Shown here: positions 36,921-46,578 of the stretch, one piece after another
Layout of the letters: each line of letters begins with the position of its first letter
Position numbering within the stretch: the stretch's first letter is position 1
Source of the DNA: a virus
Taxonomy: Duplodnaviria; Caudoviricetes
Virus record (IMG/VR): IMGVR_UViG_3300044712_000786
Coordinates: 96,001-160,000 of that record
Direction: 5' to 3' (one strand)
DNA: 64,000 bases
Position numbers and translations under genes: made by a program
The notes under the pieces: generated by a model
Told to the model about the DNA's origin: nothing
Databases searched by the model: none
What the model saw: the letters and a program-made list of their open reading frames with translations, nothing else

Positions 36921-37919
36921 TTACTTCAAAACAAGAAGTTGCGTGCCAGCAACCAAATTTCGGTTGAGGCTAGTAGACTGGATAAAGACATGCCACTTGC
37001 CATGACTAGCAGGGTCTACTTGGATTTCGTAATCGGGCAGACCGAGCATATCTCGCGCATTAACGCCAGAATATACCTTCGCCGTTACTTTATCCTGAAT
37101 ACATACCTGTTTGTAAGCTTGAACCTTCTCGGGCTTAGTAATTTGGTAGTAAGCCGAACCTTTGACGTAAGGCTTTCCAGTCCAACTTTCTACGAAGCTC
37201 TTGATATCCTTCTTCTTACTAACAGGGAAAATCTCATATTGGTGAGTCTTTAGCTCATCCAAATTCCGTTTGACACTAGTTGTCGATAGGCTGCTAGCGT
37301 CAAGATTAAAAAGATTCTTTGTACTGCGAACTCCAGTGCTACGAGCCCTCATAAAGGAAGTCGTAACTGTAGTCATAACGTCACCGATATCGTTCATACC
37401 CTTGGCGGTAGTGTCCCAAGTCATTACATTACCGGCGGGGAACCCACAAGCTTTAGCTTGCTTAACTCCATATTCATTGGGGACCATTACGGACACGGTC
37501 CAATTATCCTTGAGTTGAGAAATCGCTTTCTTTAATTGAGGTTCCTTGTTCCGACTAGCATTCTCTTCGCCATCGGTAATAGCAATCAAAAGAAACGCAT
37601 GGTCTCCATAGAGTTGAGGCGTCTGCTCAAGGTCAGAGATTGCTTGCATCGTCCCATCGATAAGCTTGGTATTGCCATTAGTATAATAATGGTCTTTAAT
37701 CCTAGGGAGCCTCAATACATCCATATCGTATACTAGCGGCTCTACGCTGCTATTAAACAAATAAATTGAAACCCGTGTTTCTTGGTCAGTTTCTTTAGAG
37801 CTTTTGGCTAATTGAGCTACGTGAGTGTCAATGACTTTAATGGTTTCGTCCTTGATGCTGCTCATCGAACCGCTCGCATCTACAACCAAAGCTACGTGAT
37901 TGATAAGATTTTGAATCAT
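36921..37919 (-). CDS. von Willebrand factor A domain protein
   Basis: VALVVDASGSM MIDAS motif, T.LID, ITDGEENAS. Confidence 0.85.
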   Translation of the reverse strand: MIQNLINHVALVVDASGSMSSIKDETIKVIDTHVAQLAKSSKETDQETRVSIYLFNSSVEPLVYDMDVLRLPRIKDHYYTNGNTKLIDGTMQAISDLEQTPQLYGDHAFLLIAITDGEENASRNKEPQLKKAISQLKDNWTVSVMVPNEYGVKQAKACGFPAGNVMTWDTTAKGMNDIGDVMTTVTTSFMRARSTGVRSTKNLFNLDASSLSTTSVKRNLDELKTHQYEIFPVSKKKDIKSFVESWTGKPYVKGSAYYQITKPEKVQAYKQVCIQDKVTAKVYSGVNARDMLGLPDYEIQVDPASHGKWHVFIQSTSLNRNLVAGTQLLVLK

Positions 37920-37925
37920 ATCCCA

Positions 37926-37953
37926 ATTCTAAAAAGAATTTTTGAAAAGTCAA
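37926..37953 (-). promoter_or_regulatory. sigma70-like promoter of the vWA gene
   Basis: TTGACT-N16-TAGAAT, 6 nt before the ATG. Confidence 0.75.
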
Positions 37954-38402
37954 CGTTAAAAACCAAAGGGCTGACTAAGAAGCGCCCCGCTATTGGAGAC
38001 CCGATATCGTTGAAGTCTGCCTTCCCTTTCCCATACCCCTGACAATTGAGGGGCAACCCCAGTTAAATAATCCCTTCCCTCTAAAACAAATGTATCTAAA
38101 TCGGCTTGCCCCGTAGGAAGCGAGTGCAAACGATTCATATAATTACCTTGGGAGCCGCTGATATACATACTCTTTATTACACCTTACAGGGGCATGTATC
38201 CTTTTCGGGATTAACCCCCTTACCACAAACTGGACAAACCCACCCCTTTTTAACGGCAAATGGATAAACGGGATGTATATCTTGAGCCAAGCCCCCAACT
38301 GTCGTATTATAACAGCTATAACACAAATTTTTTCCCTCAAAACAATACAAGGCCGAAGTGAGATTCCCGCAACGAGAACAGGCAAACTTAAATATACTAT
38401 CG

Positions 38403-38756
38403 TTATCTTTCATACAACTTAGCTAGACCATTTTTCAACAGTTCATCATTCAAGTTAGTAGAAGAACCATTAGAATCATAGTAAACTTCAGCTAGATAGC
38501 GCCCAAAGGCGTCTGCTTTGAAAGTTTGGATAACAACCAACTTATTCAAAACCGTATTAACTACGTAAGACTTACCTAGGAGGGCTCTTTGCTTATCCTC
38601 GGCGTTAGAACTCGTTAACTCCCAAGTATTTATGCGATTCAGCCGCAGACGAAGAAGCATCTTTATCTTAAATCCTACATCTACTTCCGCGTCTACCGTA
38701 TCGCCGTCTACTACATTAGTTATTAAAGCCTTGTATAAATATGCTGGTTGAACCAT
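38403..38756 (-). CDS. Thermonuclease (staphylococcal nuclease family)
   Basis: VVDGDTVD, RLNRINTWE, DAFGRYLA, LNDELLKNGLA. Confidence 0.85.
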   Translation of the reverse strand: MVQPAYLYKALITNVVDGDTVDAEVDVGFKIKMLLRLRLNRINTWELTSSNAEDKQRALLGKSYVVNTVLNKLVVIQTFKADAFGRYLAEVYYDSNGSSTNLNDELLKNGLAKLYER

Positions 38757-39431
38757 GCATAAAATTACACGCGCAATGGGGCGAAACCCGTAAAATCTAA
38801 CCCATTATGCAATAACTCGTCCCAATAACCTTCAGAGTCTTTATAAATGATTCTCTTAGGGCCGAATCTATTAATGACTTCTTTAACTACCCATTCAGCA
38901 TCATTAGTAACGCTTATGTTTCCTAAATCCAAATCCTCAATATAAACGATATTAGCGGTATCGTTGACTACCTTGAAATCAGCATGGGGTTTCATTGGGA
39001 TAAATTTTCGCTCCGCTATGTTCCAAAATGTAAGCGGTATAACAGGGCACGCAAAGCTCTTTGTAATTCCAGATGGTATGAAAATTGTCGCCCGTTATGT
39101 TGTTTTCTACCCCACAATCAATCTTATACGAAGATACTTCATCCCTAGTATGGCAAACGTCGCATTCGAGAATAATGTGCTTCATATCGTCTCAATATTA
39201 TTAGGAATAGGTCCAACTTCTCGACCAACTTGCTCGTTCCAATCTTTGTTTATTTCGTCTAATTTGTCCGCTAAAGCCCTGAGTAACCACGCAACAAAAC
39301 AACCGCCTTGATTAGGCGGGGGCCAATAATAAAAATATCCATCTACATCTTTTAGAAAATCGCCTATATAAGCCGTTTCAACGAATACTTGATAACAGCT
39401 ATCGGAATCTTTCTCAAGCCTTAACATAAAA

Positions 39432-39506
39432 TGGTAGCAGCAGAGGTACTCGAAACCTCAGGGAAAACAGCCTTATGAAAGCCGCCCGTCACCTAGACTT
39501 GCTGCC
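39432..39506 (-). tRNA. tRNA-Met/Ile2(CAT), canonical TTC T loop
   Basis: GGCAGCA/TGCTGCT-A-CCA; CGGCT-TTCATAA-GGCTG; GAGGT-TTCGAGT-ACCTC. Confidence 0.8.
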
Positions 39507-40056
39507 AGTTTTTTCAGAGAGTTGTCTACTTGCTGCATCGCCCAATCTAGCTTAGACTCGTCCATTTTTTCAACAACGTCCTCTATACTAAGTTCTAAAT
39601 TCTTGTGAGAGTACATTCGTTTAAATACCATCTGATGCCCCTCGGGGAGTTGGCGCAACCCATTTAAAATAGTATCTCTCGCAAAACGCTGCAAAGATTC
39701 GTTCATTACTCCAAGTCTACCAAATCTTTTTCCTCTGTCAATCCCTGATTTATCAGTTTTACAAAGGATTCCCTTAATTTCCTTCGGACCTTTTGATTAG
39801 CCTTTTTTTTATTAAATTTTTTCTGAAGTCTCGCTTCCCTTCTCATCGTTTCCTCCTTTAATTTGGACTTCAATGGGATTATCCAAGAAAATAGTTTGCT
39901 TCTTCTTTTTACTTAGCCCTGAACGACGTTCATAAGCGACAATAAAAAGCCTGCCTTCATTATCTATTTTGAAGACAGGCTTAACTCTATCCTTGGCGAT
40001 AAGTTTCTTAAGATGATTCTTCACGCTTATATTATAGCGTGGAGCAGATATTTTGT

Positions 40057-40506
40057 CTACGGAACTATCCAAACAGCATTAATTTTATCAAGCTTCTTAT
40101 TATAGCTATAGACAATGTTCGTCCAAGGGCCTACTTCATAAGACCCTACGGTAAAAGCATTTGAGCCAACGGGACGGCACCAGAATTTATATGTCCCGCT
40201 GGGAACGCTTTTGGCTAGCAAATTGACAAAAGTAAAATTAGTAATTGACTGCCCGTTAACCCTTAAGAACTGAAATGTCCCAGTGGTATTAGGCAGAGCA
40301 GGGTCTTCATCCAGAATTTGACCCGCTACCAAGTTTGTGGTAGTAACCGCTACAACATTAGTGCTCGAAACCCCAATATCATACCCGAGAACGGTATAAC
40401 TAGAATCTACATACTTCTCCCAACTTAATAGGGATTTAGAAGTAGCTGTTTGCGCAAACGCACTAAAACCAGCCAAAAGACAGACGGTAAATAGTAACTT
40501 TTTCAT
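40057..40506 (-). CDS. Putative secreted/surface beta-rich protein
   Basis: Signal-peptide-like MKKLLFTVCLLAGFSAFA; Thr/Asn/Ser-rich. Confidence 0.6.
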   Translation of the reverse strand: MKKLLFTVCLLAGFSAFAQTATSKSLLSWEKYVDSSYTVLGYDIGVSSTNVVAVTTTNLVAGQILDEDPALPNTTGTFQFLRVNGQSITNFTFVNLLAKSVPSGTYKFWCRPVGSNAFTVGSYEVGPWTNIVYSYNKKLDKINAVWIVP

Positions 40507-40525
40507 AAACTTTATTACACTAAAA

Positions 40526-40599
40526 TGGTCCGGTAGTCTGGATTTGCACCAGAACAGTTCCCTTCACAGGGGAAGATGCTACATTACATCACGTACCGG
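40526..40599 (-). tRNA. tRNA-His(GTG)
   Basis: TTCCC-CTGTGAA-GGGAA; T loop TGCAAAT; A73-CCA. Confidence 0.8.
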
Positions 40600-40900
40600 A
40601 TAAATCGGGAAGGAGTTATCAATTCCCCGCTGACTCAGTCGGCTTTTCAAGGGCCTTATATAGATGATAAGTCTAAGTTTCTGTATGCTAAAGCTTTATG
40701 AGAGCTTTACCCGAAAGTCTAAAATCTCTTCTGGAAAATATAATTCATCCGCCCTAAGAGCATACTTAGTATTAGAGCCATGAGGACGAACGGTCCAAAG
40801 TTCCGTTTTATATTCTTCAAAATACTCTTTTTCTAATACGTCAACGGTCTGACCGTAGTTTAGTCCAAAAACAGGTTCATTAATAATTGCTATCATAAAT

Positions 40901-40984
40901 TGGTAGCCCCGAAGAGACTTGCACTCTTAAAACCATCGGGTTTAAGCCGAAATGCTGTTCTATTCGCAATAAGGTCACGGGGCC
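40901..40984 (-). tRNA. tRNA-Leu(TAA), short variable loop
   Basis: GGCCCCG/CGGGGCT-A-CCA; CT-TAA-AC loop; T loop TGCAAGT. Confidence 0.8.
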
Positions 40985-40991
40985 ATTAAAT

Positions 40992-41069
40992 TGGTACTGG
41001 CGGCAGGAGTTGCACCTGCGAGCATCTAATTTTGAGTCAGATAGGTATTCTAGTTCCCGTCACGCCAGC
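40992..41069 (-). tRNA. tRNA-Leu(CAA), short variable loop
   Basis: GCTGGCG/CGCCAGT-A-CCA; CT-CAA-AA loop; T loop TGCAACT. Confidence 0.8.
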
Positions 41070-41660
41070 ATTAAATTTAGGAAAAGCCATCTTAAAGAAG
41101 AACTTGCTCGTTTCCTCTTTAACATATCTTACTCCTACTTTGTGTTCATCTGTAATAACTACATATGAAGGAACAATATCTATAAAAGAACCGCTATTAG
41201 CGTAAATTACATCGCCATCTTTATAGACTTCAGGATGATGATTATGTCCCAAAAATATAGCTTTGTAATGTTCCCGCTCTGCAAAATCCAAGGCTCTCGG
41301 AATCATCCGTCCCTTTGAAAACAAAGAGGAAAACTTATGTCCATGAGCCGCATAACACGCATCGCCATCTATAAACCACGAGTATGAATCTAAAAAATTA
41401 AGAGAAGTTATCTTATCTAAGCCGAAAATTCTGCTATCATGGTTGCCCTTCGTAACCACAAGTCGGCCCATTCTTTCCATTCTCTCTAATCGGCGCAAAA
41501 TCTGTTCATCATCTTTTCTCAACTTTCGAGCATAACGAAAATCCAATACATCCCCATTAACTATAAAAAGCTCCGCTTCTTGGTCTAGCACTTTGTTAAT
41601 CGCTCGGCGGTTGCAATAGGGATTTCCCAAGTGCAAATCCGATAGAACTACATTCTTCAT
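41037..41660 (-). CDS. Calcineurin-like metallophosphoesterase (LpxH-like)
   Basis: SDLHLG, NGDVLD, GNHD, HGH and GHNH motifs; 3' end runs into tRNA-Leu(CAA). Confidence 0.85.
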   Translation of the reverse strand: MKNVVLSDLHLGNPYCNRRAINKVLDQEAELFIVNGDVLDFRYARKLRKDDEQILRRLERMERMGRLVVTKGNHDSRIFGLDKITSLNFLDSYSWFIDGDACYAAHGHKFSSLFSKGRMIPRALDFAEREHYKAIFLGHNHHPEVYKDGDVIYANSGSFIDIVPSYVVITDEHKVGVRYVKEETSKFFFKMAFPKFNAGVTGTRIPI

Positions 41661-41705
41661 GTGTATAGACTAGCGACTTTTTTTAAAAAAACAAGAAAAA
41701 AAAAT

Positions 41706-41791
41706 TGGCGGTTCGCAGATGTTCTGCCCATCATTCCTTGCGGAACCATCCGCTTTCCAAGCGGTGATAGTCCTTGACTACTTTACGAACC
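41706..41791 (-). tRNA. tRNA-Ser(GGA)
   Basis: GGTTCGT/GCGAACC-G-CCA; TT-GGA-AA; long variable arm; T loop GGCAGAA. Confidence 0.8.
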
Positions 41792-41792
41792 A

Positions 41793-41878
41793 TGGCGGAT
41801 AAGTATGATACCGCCTCATATCCCCGTGGGGACGCATAGTTTTCGAGACTAGCCTTAGTCTTACTAAGTTACTTATCC
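41793..41878 (-). tRNA. tRNA-Ser(CGA)
   Basis: GGATAAG/CTTATCC-G-CCA; CT-CGA-AA; variable arm; T loop GGCGGTA. Confidence 0.8.
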
Positions 41879-41882
41879 AAAG

Positions 41883-41974
41883 TGGCAGAGGGGTAGGGAA
41901 ATGCTCCCTAGTCCGAATTTACGGCTCCGTGCTGGTTTCAAAGCAGCCCTTAGCTCTTGCTAAGTTACCCCTCT
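41883..41974 (-). tRNA. tRNA-Ser(TGA)
   Basis: AGAGGGG/CCCCTCT-G-CCA; TT-TGA-AA; variable arm; T loop AGCATTT. Confidence 0.8.
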
Positions 41975-42558
41975 ATAATCCTAAAACTCTTCTTTCCTCT
42001 AAATTAAGTTTCTTGAGGGCCTTAAGTCTGGTTCTTTCTCTCAGACCTGATTCGTTTTCCTCTTTAATGCGTGCGGCATCAGCTTTATCATGCTTAGCTA
42101 TCCATTTTCGAGTCTCATTAGTAAGCTCTTTTTCGAGATTATTTCTTCTCAGAATAGTTCTCATATCGCAAGCTGCGCGAGTAGCTTTGTCAGCTTCTTT
42201 TCTGAGAATGCTCTCTTCGCTTTCTCCGTAATCACATCTACAAGGCATATAGTTTCTTTCTAAATAGCGGTTGCGTTGTCATCCATTACAATTTCGTGCA
42301 TGAGTTGACGAATCACAGAAGGATTGACAGCACCCTTATAGTACTTCAGAATATTACCTTCTAACTCTTTCACGGATAGGACTTTCCAGTTAGAAAAGTT
42401 CCCCCGCAATAACTTTAGAAGTTCTTCTTTCGTCGGTTGAGTGCAAGCTTGTTGCATAAAATGGCGGTTAGTTGAAGTCCTGCCCTCCATGCCCTTTCGA
42501 GGCACAATTACGTTAGCACCGTATTCTAAGAACTTTCTTAGTTAACTAACCATTAAAT

Positions 42559-42650
42559 TGGTCCCTCAGGGGAGAATCGCGCTCCTTCGTCTAACTACCC
42601 CACTTATTTTGAGACATTAGATTTACAGGCTAACGTGGGGAACCCTCGGG
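42559..42650 (-). tRNA. Atypical D-armless tRNA-Tyr(GTA)-like RNA
   Basis: CCCGAGG/CTGAGGG-A-CCA; TTAGC-CTGTAAA-TCTAA; CCCCAC in place of the D arm is complementary to GTGGGG in the variable region. Confidence 0.6.
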
Positions 42651-42948
42651 ATTAAATCATTTTTAAATCTTTGTGTTTGTCTACGAATCTCTGGCAAACG
42701 CCCTTCATATAGAATACTGCGCGAGCTTGGGGTGTTCCCATGGTATCTATAATTTCATGATTATAAGCTTGGTCTTTAGCTCTCTTAAGGTCATCTATAA
42801 GCATTTCGAGTTCCACTTGGGGACACTCAATTAGCTCATTCATCCTTCTCTGCCATTCAGCCTGCATTTTCTCATGATTTAAACAGGCTTCCTCGGTTTG
42901 GAATGTCCTACCGTCGCTTGATTGATAAACAAGAAACTTAATCATAAA

Positions 42949-43317
42949 CTATTGTGCGCTAAAATCTTTTATTACTGGAACGGTCCAAGATAGTGGTTCT
43001 TCTACTCCAGTAGTAGAGTTAGTAACCAAGAGCGTATAGAACTTCGTTTCAGATAAGTTTAATCTAATCTGGTTACTCTTTGTAGTCGCCACTAAAGGCC
43101 AAGCTGAATAAGACGTTGAATTAGGGACGAATTCCCTAATATTAAACGAAATAGCGTTTGACGGAGTGGGATACTGCCACTTGAACAAACAGGGCTTAAG
43201 GGTGCCTTGAGCAAAAACACTAAAGGCAATCAAGCTTACGACTAGCATCATTTTTTTCATAAATTGGTACCCTCGGATGGACTTACACCACCAACGTCTC
43301 GCTAATCGGGCGAGCAT
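42949..43317 (-). CDS. Putative secreted protein
   Basis: Likely start MKKMMLVVSLIAFSVFA (signal-like); beta-rich. Confidence 0.5.
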   Translation of the reverse strand: MLARLARRWWCKSIRGYQFMKKMMLVVSLIAFSVFAQGTLKPCLFKWQYPTPSNAISFNIREFVPNSTSYSAWPLVATTKSNQIRLNLSETKFYTLLVTNSTTGVEEPLSWTVPVIKDFSAQ

Positions 43318-43339
43318 TCTATTTTTGAATTACGAGGGC
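43265..43339 (-). tRNA. tRNA-Ile(GAT), C33/U37
   Basis: GCCCTCG/CGAGGGT-A-CCA; CTCGC-CCGATTA-GCGAG; T loop TGTAAGT. Confidence 0.75.
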
Positions 43340-43345
43340 TTAAAT

Positions 43346-43420
43346 TGGTCCCGTCGAGTGGAGTCGCACCACTTTTTCTGGTTCTTCAGACCAGCACACA
43401 AACTCTTGTGTTACAACGGG
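43346..43420 (-). tRNA. tRNA-Phe(GAA)
   Basis: CCCGTTG/CGACGGG-A-CCA; CTGGT-CTGAAGA-ACCAG; T loop TGCGACT. Confidence 0.85.
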
Positions 43421-43519
43421 TTGTCCTTAAGAACATGGTCAGCGCACATCAGCCTGTCCCCATTTACGCTGTGCGGCGAACGCGAGGATTAGGTAACTAC
43501 TTACATGCTCTTAAGAAAT

Positions 43520-43594
43520 TGGTAGCCCTATCGGAACTTGCATCCGATTTCTCTGGTTGAAAGCCAGAACTCCTACTACATAGAGGATAGGGCC
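43520..43594 (-). tRNA. tRNA-Glu(TTC)
   Basis: GGCCCTA/TAGGGCT-A-CCA; TCTGG-CTTTCAA-CCAGA; T loop TGCAAGT. Confidence 0.85.
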
Positions 43595-43690
43595 ATAATG
43601 TCCTTAATTGCTAGTATAGGTCGCTCTCCTTACTAACTATCAGCCAGCGAACTTGTTTGCACTGAGTTCTTATGTAATTAAGGACTAAAT

Positions 43691-43765
43691 TGGTAGCCCT
43701 ATGCGGTTACGCTCCGCACCCTCTACCTTGAAAGGGTAGCGACCTGTCTACTAGTCGATAGGGCC
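43691..43765 (-). tRNA. tRNA-Glu(TTC), second copy
   Basis: GGCCCTA/TAGGGCT-A-CCA; CTACC-CTTTCAA-GGTAG; T loop AGCGTAA. Confidence 0.85.
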
Positions 43766-44021
43766 ATTAAATTATCATGGAACAAATGAAGGAGATTCTC
43801 CTTCAGCTAAAATAATGTTGCTAGGAAAAACTGGTTCTTCTGGCGTCTTAACTATTTTCAACATAATAGGTTCGCCAATATTCGGGCATTTAGCCCAATG
43901 CGTCCATTCATCTTGAATTCTAGTTAGTTTCTTAAATTCCAAATTAGTATGGTCTCCGCCGCATCTTGCACAAGTACGCACGGTAACTACCATATTATCC
44001 GCTTCTTCTATTTTCATAAAT

Positions 44022-44100
44022 TGGTGCAAGCGGTGACAGTTGCAGTCACAGGAATATTCTGGTTAAGAGCCAGTTGCCCCTCTACTGTAGCTTCGCTTGC
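44022..44100 (-). tRNA. tRNA-Lys(CTT)
   Basis: GCAAGCG/CGCTTGC-A-CCA; CT-CTT-AA; T loop TGCAACT. Confidence 0.85.
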
Positions 44101-44377
44101 GAAATTGTTTAGCAGCCTTTGCCGCCCCTTCTACCGCCCTTTTTGGGCATTTCTTTCTTAGCCATATCTTGATAATTTTGATATACTACTTTTGTTAATC
44201 CGTCATTGATATTAGTTACAGAACGTTGAACTAATTCTAAAAAATTCCTAGCATCCGTTTCTTCTAAAAATCGCACCCCAAATCCCTTCCATACGCTATA
44301 ATATGAGTAAGAGCTTTTTTTGTATTGTTGAGGGACATATAGAACACCCTTTTTAACAATTCTCAACTTCATACTCT

Positions 44378-44405
44378 ATCTTAGCAAAATTTTGCCAGAA
44401 GTCAA
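44378..44405 (-). promoter_or_regulatory. sigma70-like promoter
   Basis: TTGACT-N16-TAAGAT, 5 nt before the ATG at 44372. Confidence 0.75.
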
Positions 44406-44637
44406 CTACAAAGCTTTTCCGCAAATCAAACATTCGCACCAACCATCGGGGCCAGTATGATAATAGGTCTTGGGATGTCCACACAAATTCTGTTGTTTTT
44501 CAAGCTCTTTATTAAGAAGCCGCTTATTTCTTTCGAAGTCCTCTTCTAGTTTCCAAAGCGCTCGTTTATACCTAGAATAAGGGGAAGATTCTAATACTTG
44601 TTGCTGTTTAATGTATTCTTCGGACGTTAGCATAAAT

Positions 44638-44713
44638 TGGCTGCTCAACTAGGATTTGCACCCAGAATCTTTCGGGTCAGAACCGAAAATGTTACTAATT
44701 ACACTATTGAGCA
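44638..44713 (-). tRNA. tRNA-Gln(CTG)
   Basis: TGCTCAA/TTGAGCA-G-CCA; TTCGG-TTCTGAC-CCGAA; T loop TGCAAAT. Confidence 0.85.
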
Positions 44714-44902
44714 ATGTTAGTTAAAAGAGAAACCGTACAACCCTCAGAAACATAATGGACTTGATTCGTCTCCGTATCTTTAAATATCCAAGAGTCGCCA
44801 GTAGCCTGAGGGACATGGTAGACTATCGCTTTAGGGCAGAGAGTAAAACATATGCCATGAAAGTTTACACAAACGATATCTCCTTCTTTAATATGCATAA
44901 AT

Positions 44903-44962
44903 TGGAGCCCAACGCCTGCTTTGCACAGGTCAACTCACCTATACCTTATTACATCGCAGAGC
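44903..44962 (-). ncRNA. Anticodon-armless tRNA-like RNA
   Basis: Weak acceptor GCTCTGC/GTTGGGC-T-CCA, D-like loop, CCTG-TGCAAAG-CAGG T arm, no anticodon stem-loop. Confidence 0.45.
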
Positions 44963-45065
44963 AAGCACCCCGCTAACTGCCCCGTTCAAGGGGCTTATCG
45001 GCTTTTTAGTAGATGTGTTTTTTCTGTCCCCAGCTAAGGGGTAGTTAAACTAGTTGGGCTTAAAA

Positions 45066-45110
45066 TTGGGGCCTCGTCAGATATTGCAATCTGCACGCTA
45101 CGCTACGAGG
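45066..45110 (-). ncRNA. tRNA minihelix-like RNA (acceptor plus T arm only)
   Basis: CCTCGT/ACGAGG, C73-CCA; CAGA-TTGCAATA-TCTG; 11-nt linker. Confidence 0.55.
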
Positions 45111-46192
45111 GTAGACTAGGTTCTTACGCGAGGCTTTTTATTAATCTGTTTTCTTGCGCAACAATAAAACTGTAGTCGCCAATCTTTGTATTCTTCTATA
45201 AAACTCCTGAGCATCGAATCATAAGCATCAGACAGAGACGCACGGTATAGGCTTGAACAATCGCAGTTAATACCTGCCCACCTAACGCAAATCTTATAAC
45301 CATCTTTATTATGCCATACTGTCAAAGTGCGAAAATCGCGAGTTTCAGTAGTATGTTTCTGGGTAGTGGCATCTATGCCAGACCATTCAATATAGCTGTC
45401 TTTTAGTTTCTTTAGTAGAGATTCGTATGTCATAAAATGGTGTCCCCATTCGGGTTTGCGCCGAAAGTCTTTAGATTGAGAATCTAAGATGTTACTAATT
45501 ACACTATAGGGACTTTTAGCCGCCCATTGCAGTCGTTCGAGCGGCGATAATCTGTTCAAAAGTAGCAGAGGGTATTCGCATGTTATTAACATAAACGTCC
45601 CCATCTGCTTCAAAAGCCCAATTATACCCCGCAATTCTTTGTCTAACTCGGGGGTTATTCTTAATTGCGCTTATAATAGTATTAAGCTGAGTCAAAGCAT
45701 TATAGGTTCCATCAACTGTTTCAGAGCCTACAGCCGCCTCTACTGTTTTAGCTACAGTATCAGCTAGTAAGAAGCTTTTTTCTGCGGTCCAATCCACAGT
45801 TTTAATGAGGGAGCCAGTATAATCAGGCATAGGAAACGGTCCTTTTATCTGCCAACTATACTCTTCTGCAAGAGTAAGAATGAACCTACATGCCGCCTGT
45901 TTCTGAGATTCTGTTGAATAAGAACTAAAATCAATTAATGCTTTCATAATTTACTTTACACAATTCGTTATAGAGTTAATCTTTGCGCCTGTAAAAAACA
46001 TCATTCCATTAGTCCGAAAGTCTATGATAATAATGTTCTTAGAATAACCCGCTCCCCAAGAACAAGACGCCCAATTAGTCATATTAGTAGACATAAGTGA
46101 ATAACTATTAGTCACTTCTACATCAACTATAGTAAGGTTCTGAGCCGCCAGAGAACAAGCAAAAAACATCGCCAAGATGAATCTCATATTTC

Positions 46193-46220
46193 ATCTTAGC
46201 AAGATTTTAGGGGAAGTCAA
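46193..46220 (-). promoter_or_regulatory. sigma70-like promoter
   Basis: TTGACT-N16-TAAGAT, 5 nt before the ATG at 46187. Confidence 0.75.
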
Positions 46221-46230
46221 CTATCTAAAG

Positions 46231-46308
46231 TGGCAGTTGCGGTTGGATTTGCACCAACGGTTTTACTGCTTCAAAGGCAGTTGGATTGGACTACTCTCCC
46301 ACGCAACA
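46231..46308 (-). tRNA. tRNA-Gln(TTG)
   Basis: ACTGC-CTTTGAA-GCAGT; T loop TGCAAAT; G73-CCA. Confidence 0.85.
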
Positions 46309-46389
46309 ATTTTGCCAGTGTTTGATAGACGCTTCCTTTGAAGACTTACCGCTAGGTAATAATCATACCCTTAACTGGCTAATATAAAA

Positions 46390-46464
46390 TGGCGGTCTAT
46401 ACGGGACTCGCACCCGTTATTCCTGCGTGACAGGCAAGTATGATAACTCATTCAACAATAGACC
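46390..46464 (-). tRNA. tRNA-Asp(GTC)
   Basis: GGTCTAT/ATAGACC-G-CCA; CT-GTC-AC; T loop TGCGAGT. Confidence 0.85.
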
Positions 46465-46578
46465 AAACAAATACTAGCTGGGACCCCAACACGTTATAGC
46501 CGTAAGGGTATTTCGCTCAGGTTACATGTTACATTACCTGCTTCAATTACACATGTATGCGCCAGCTAGAAAAAACAA

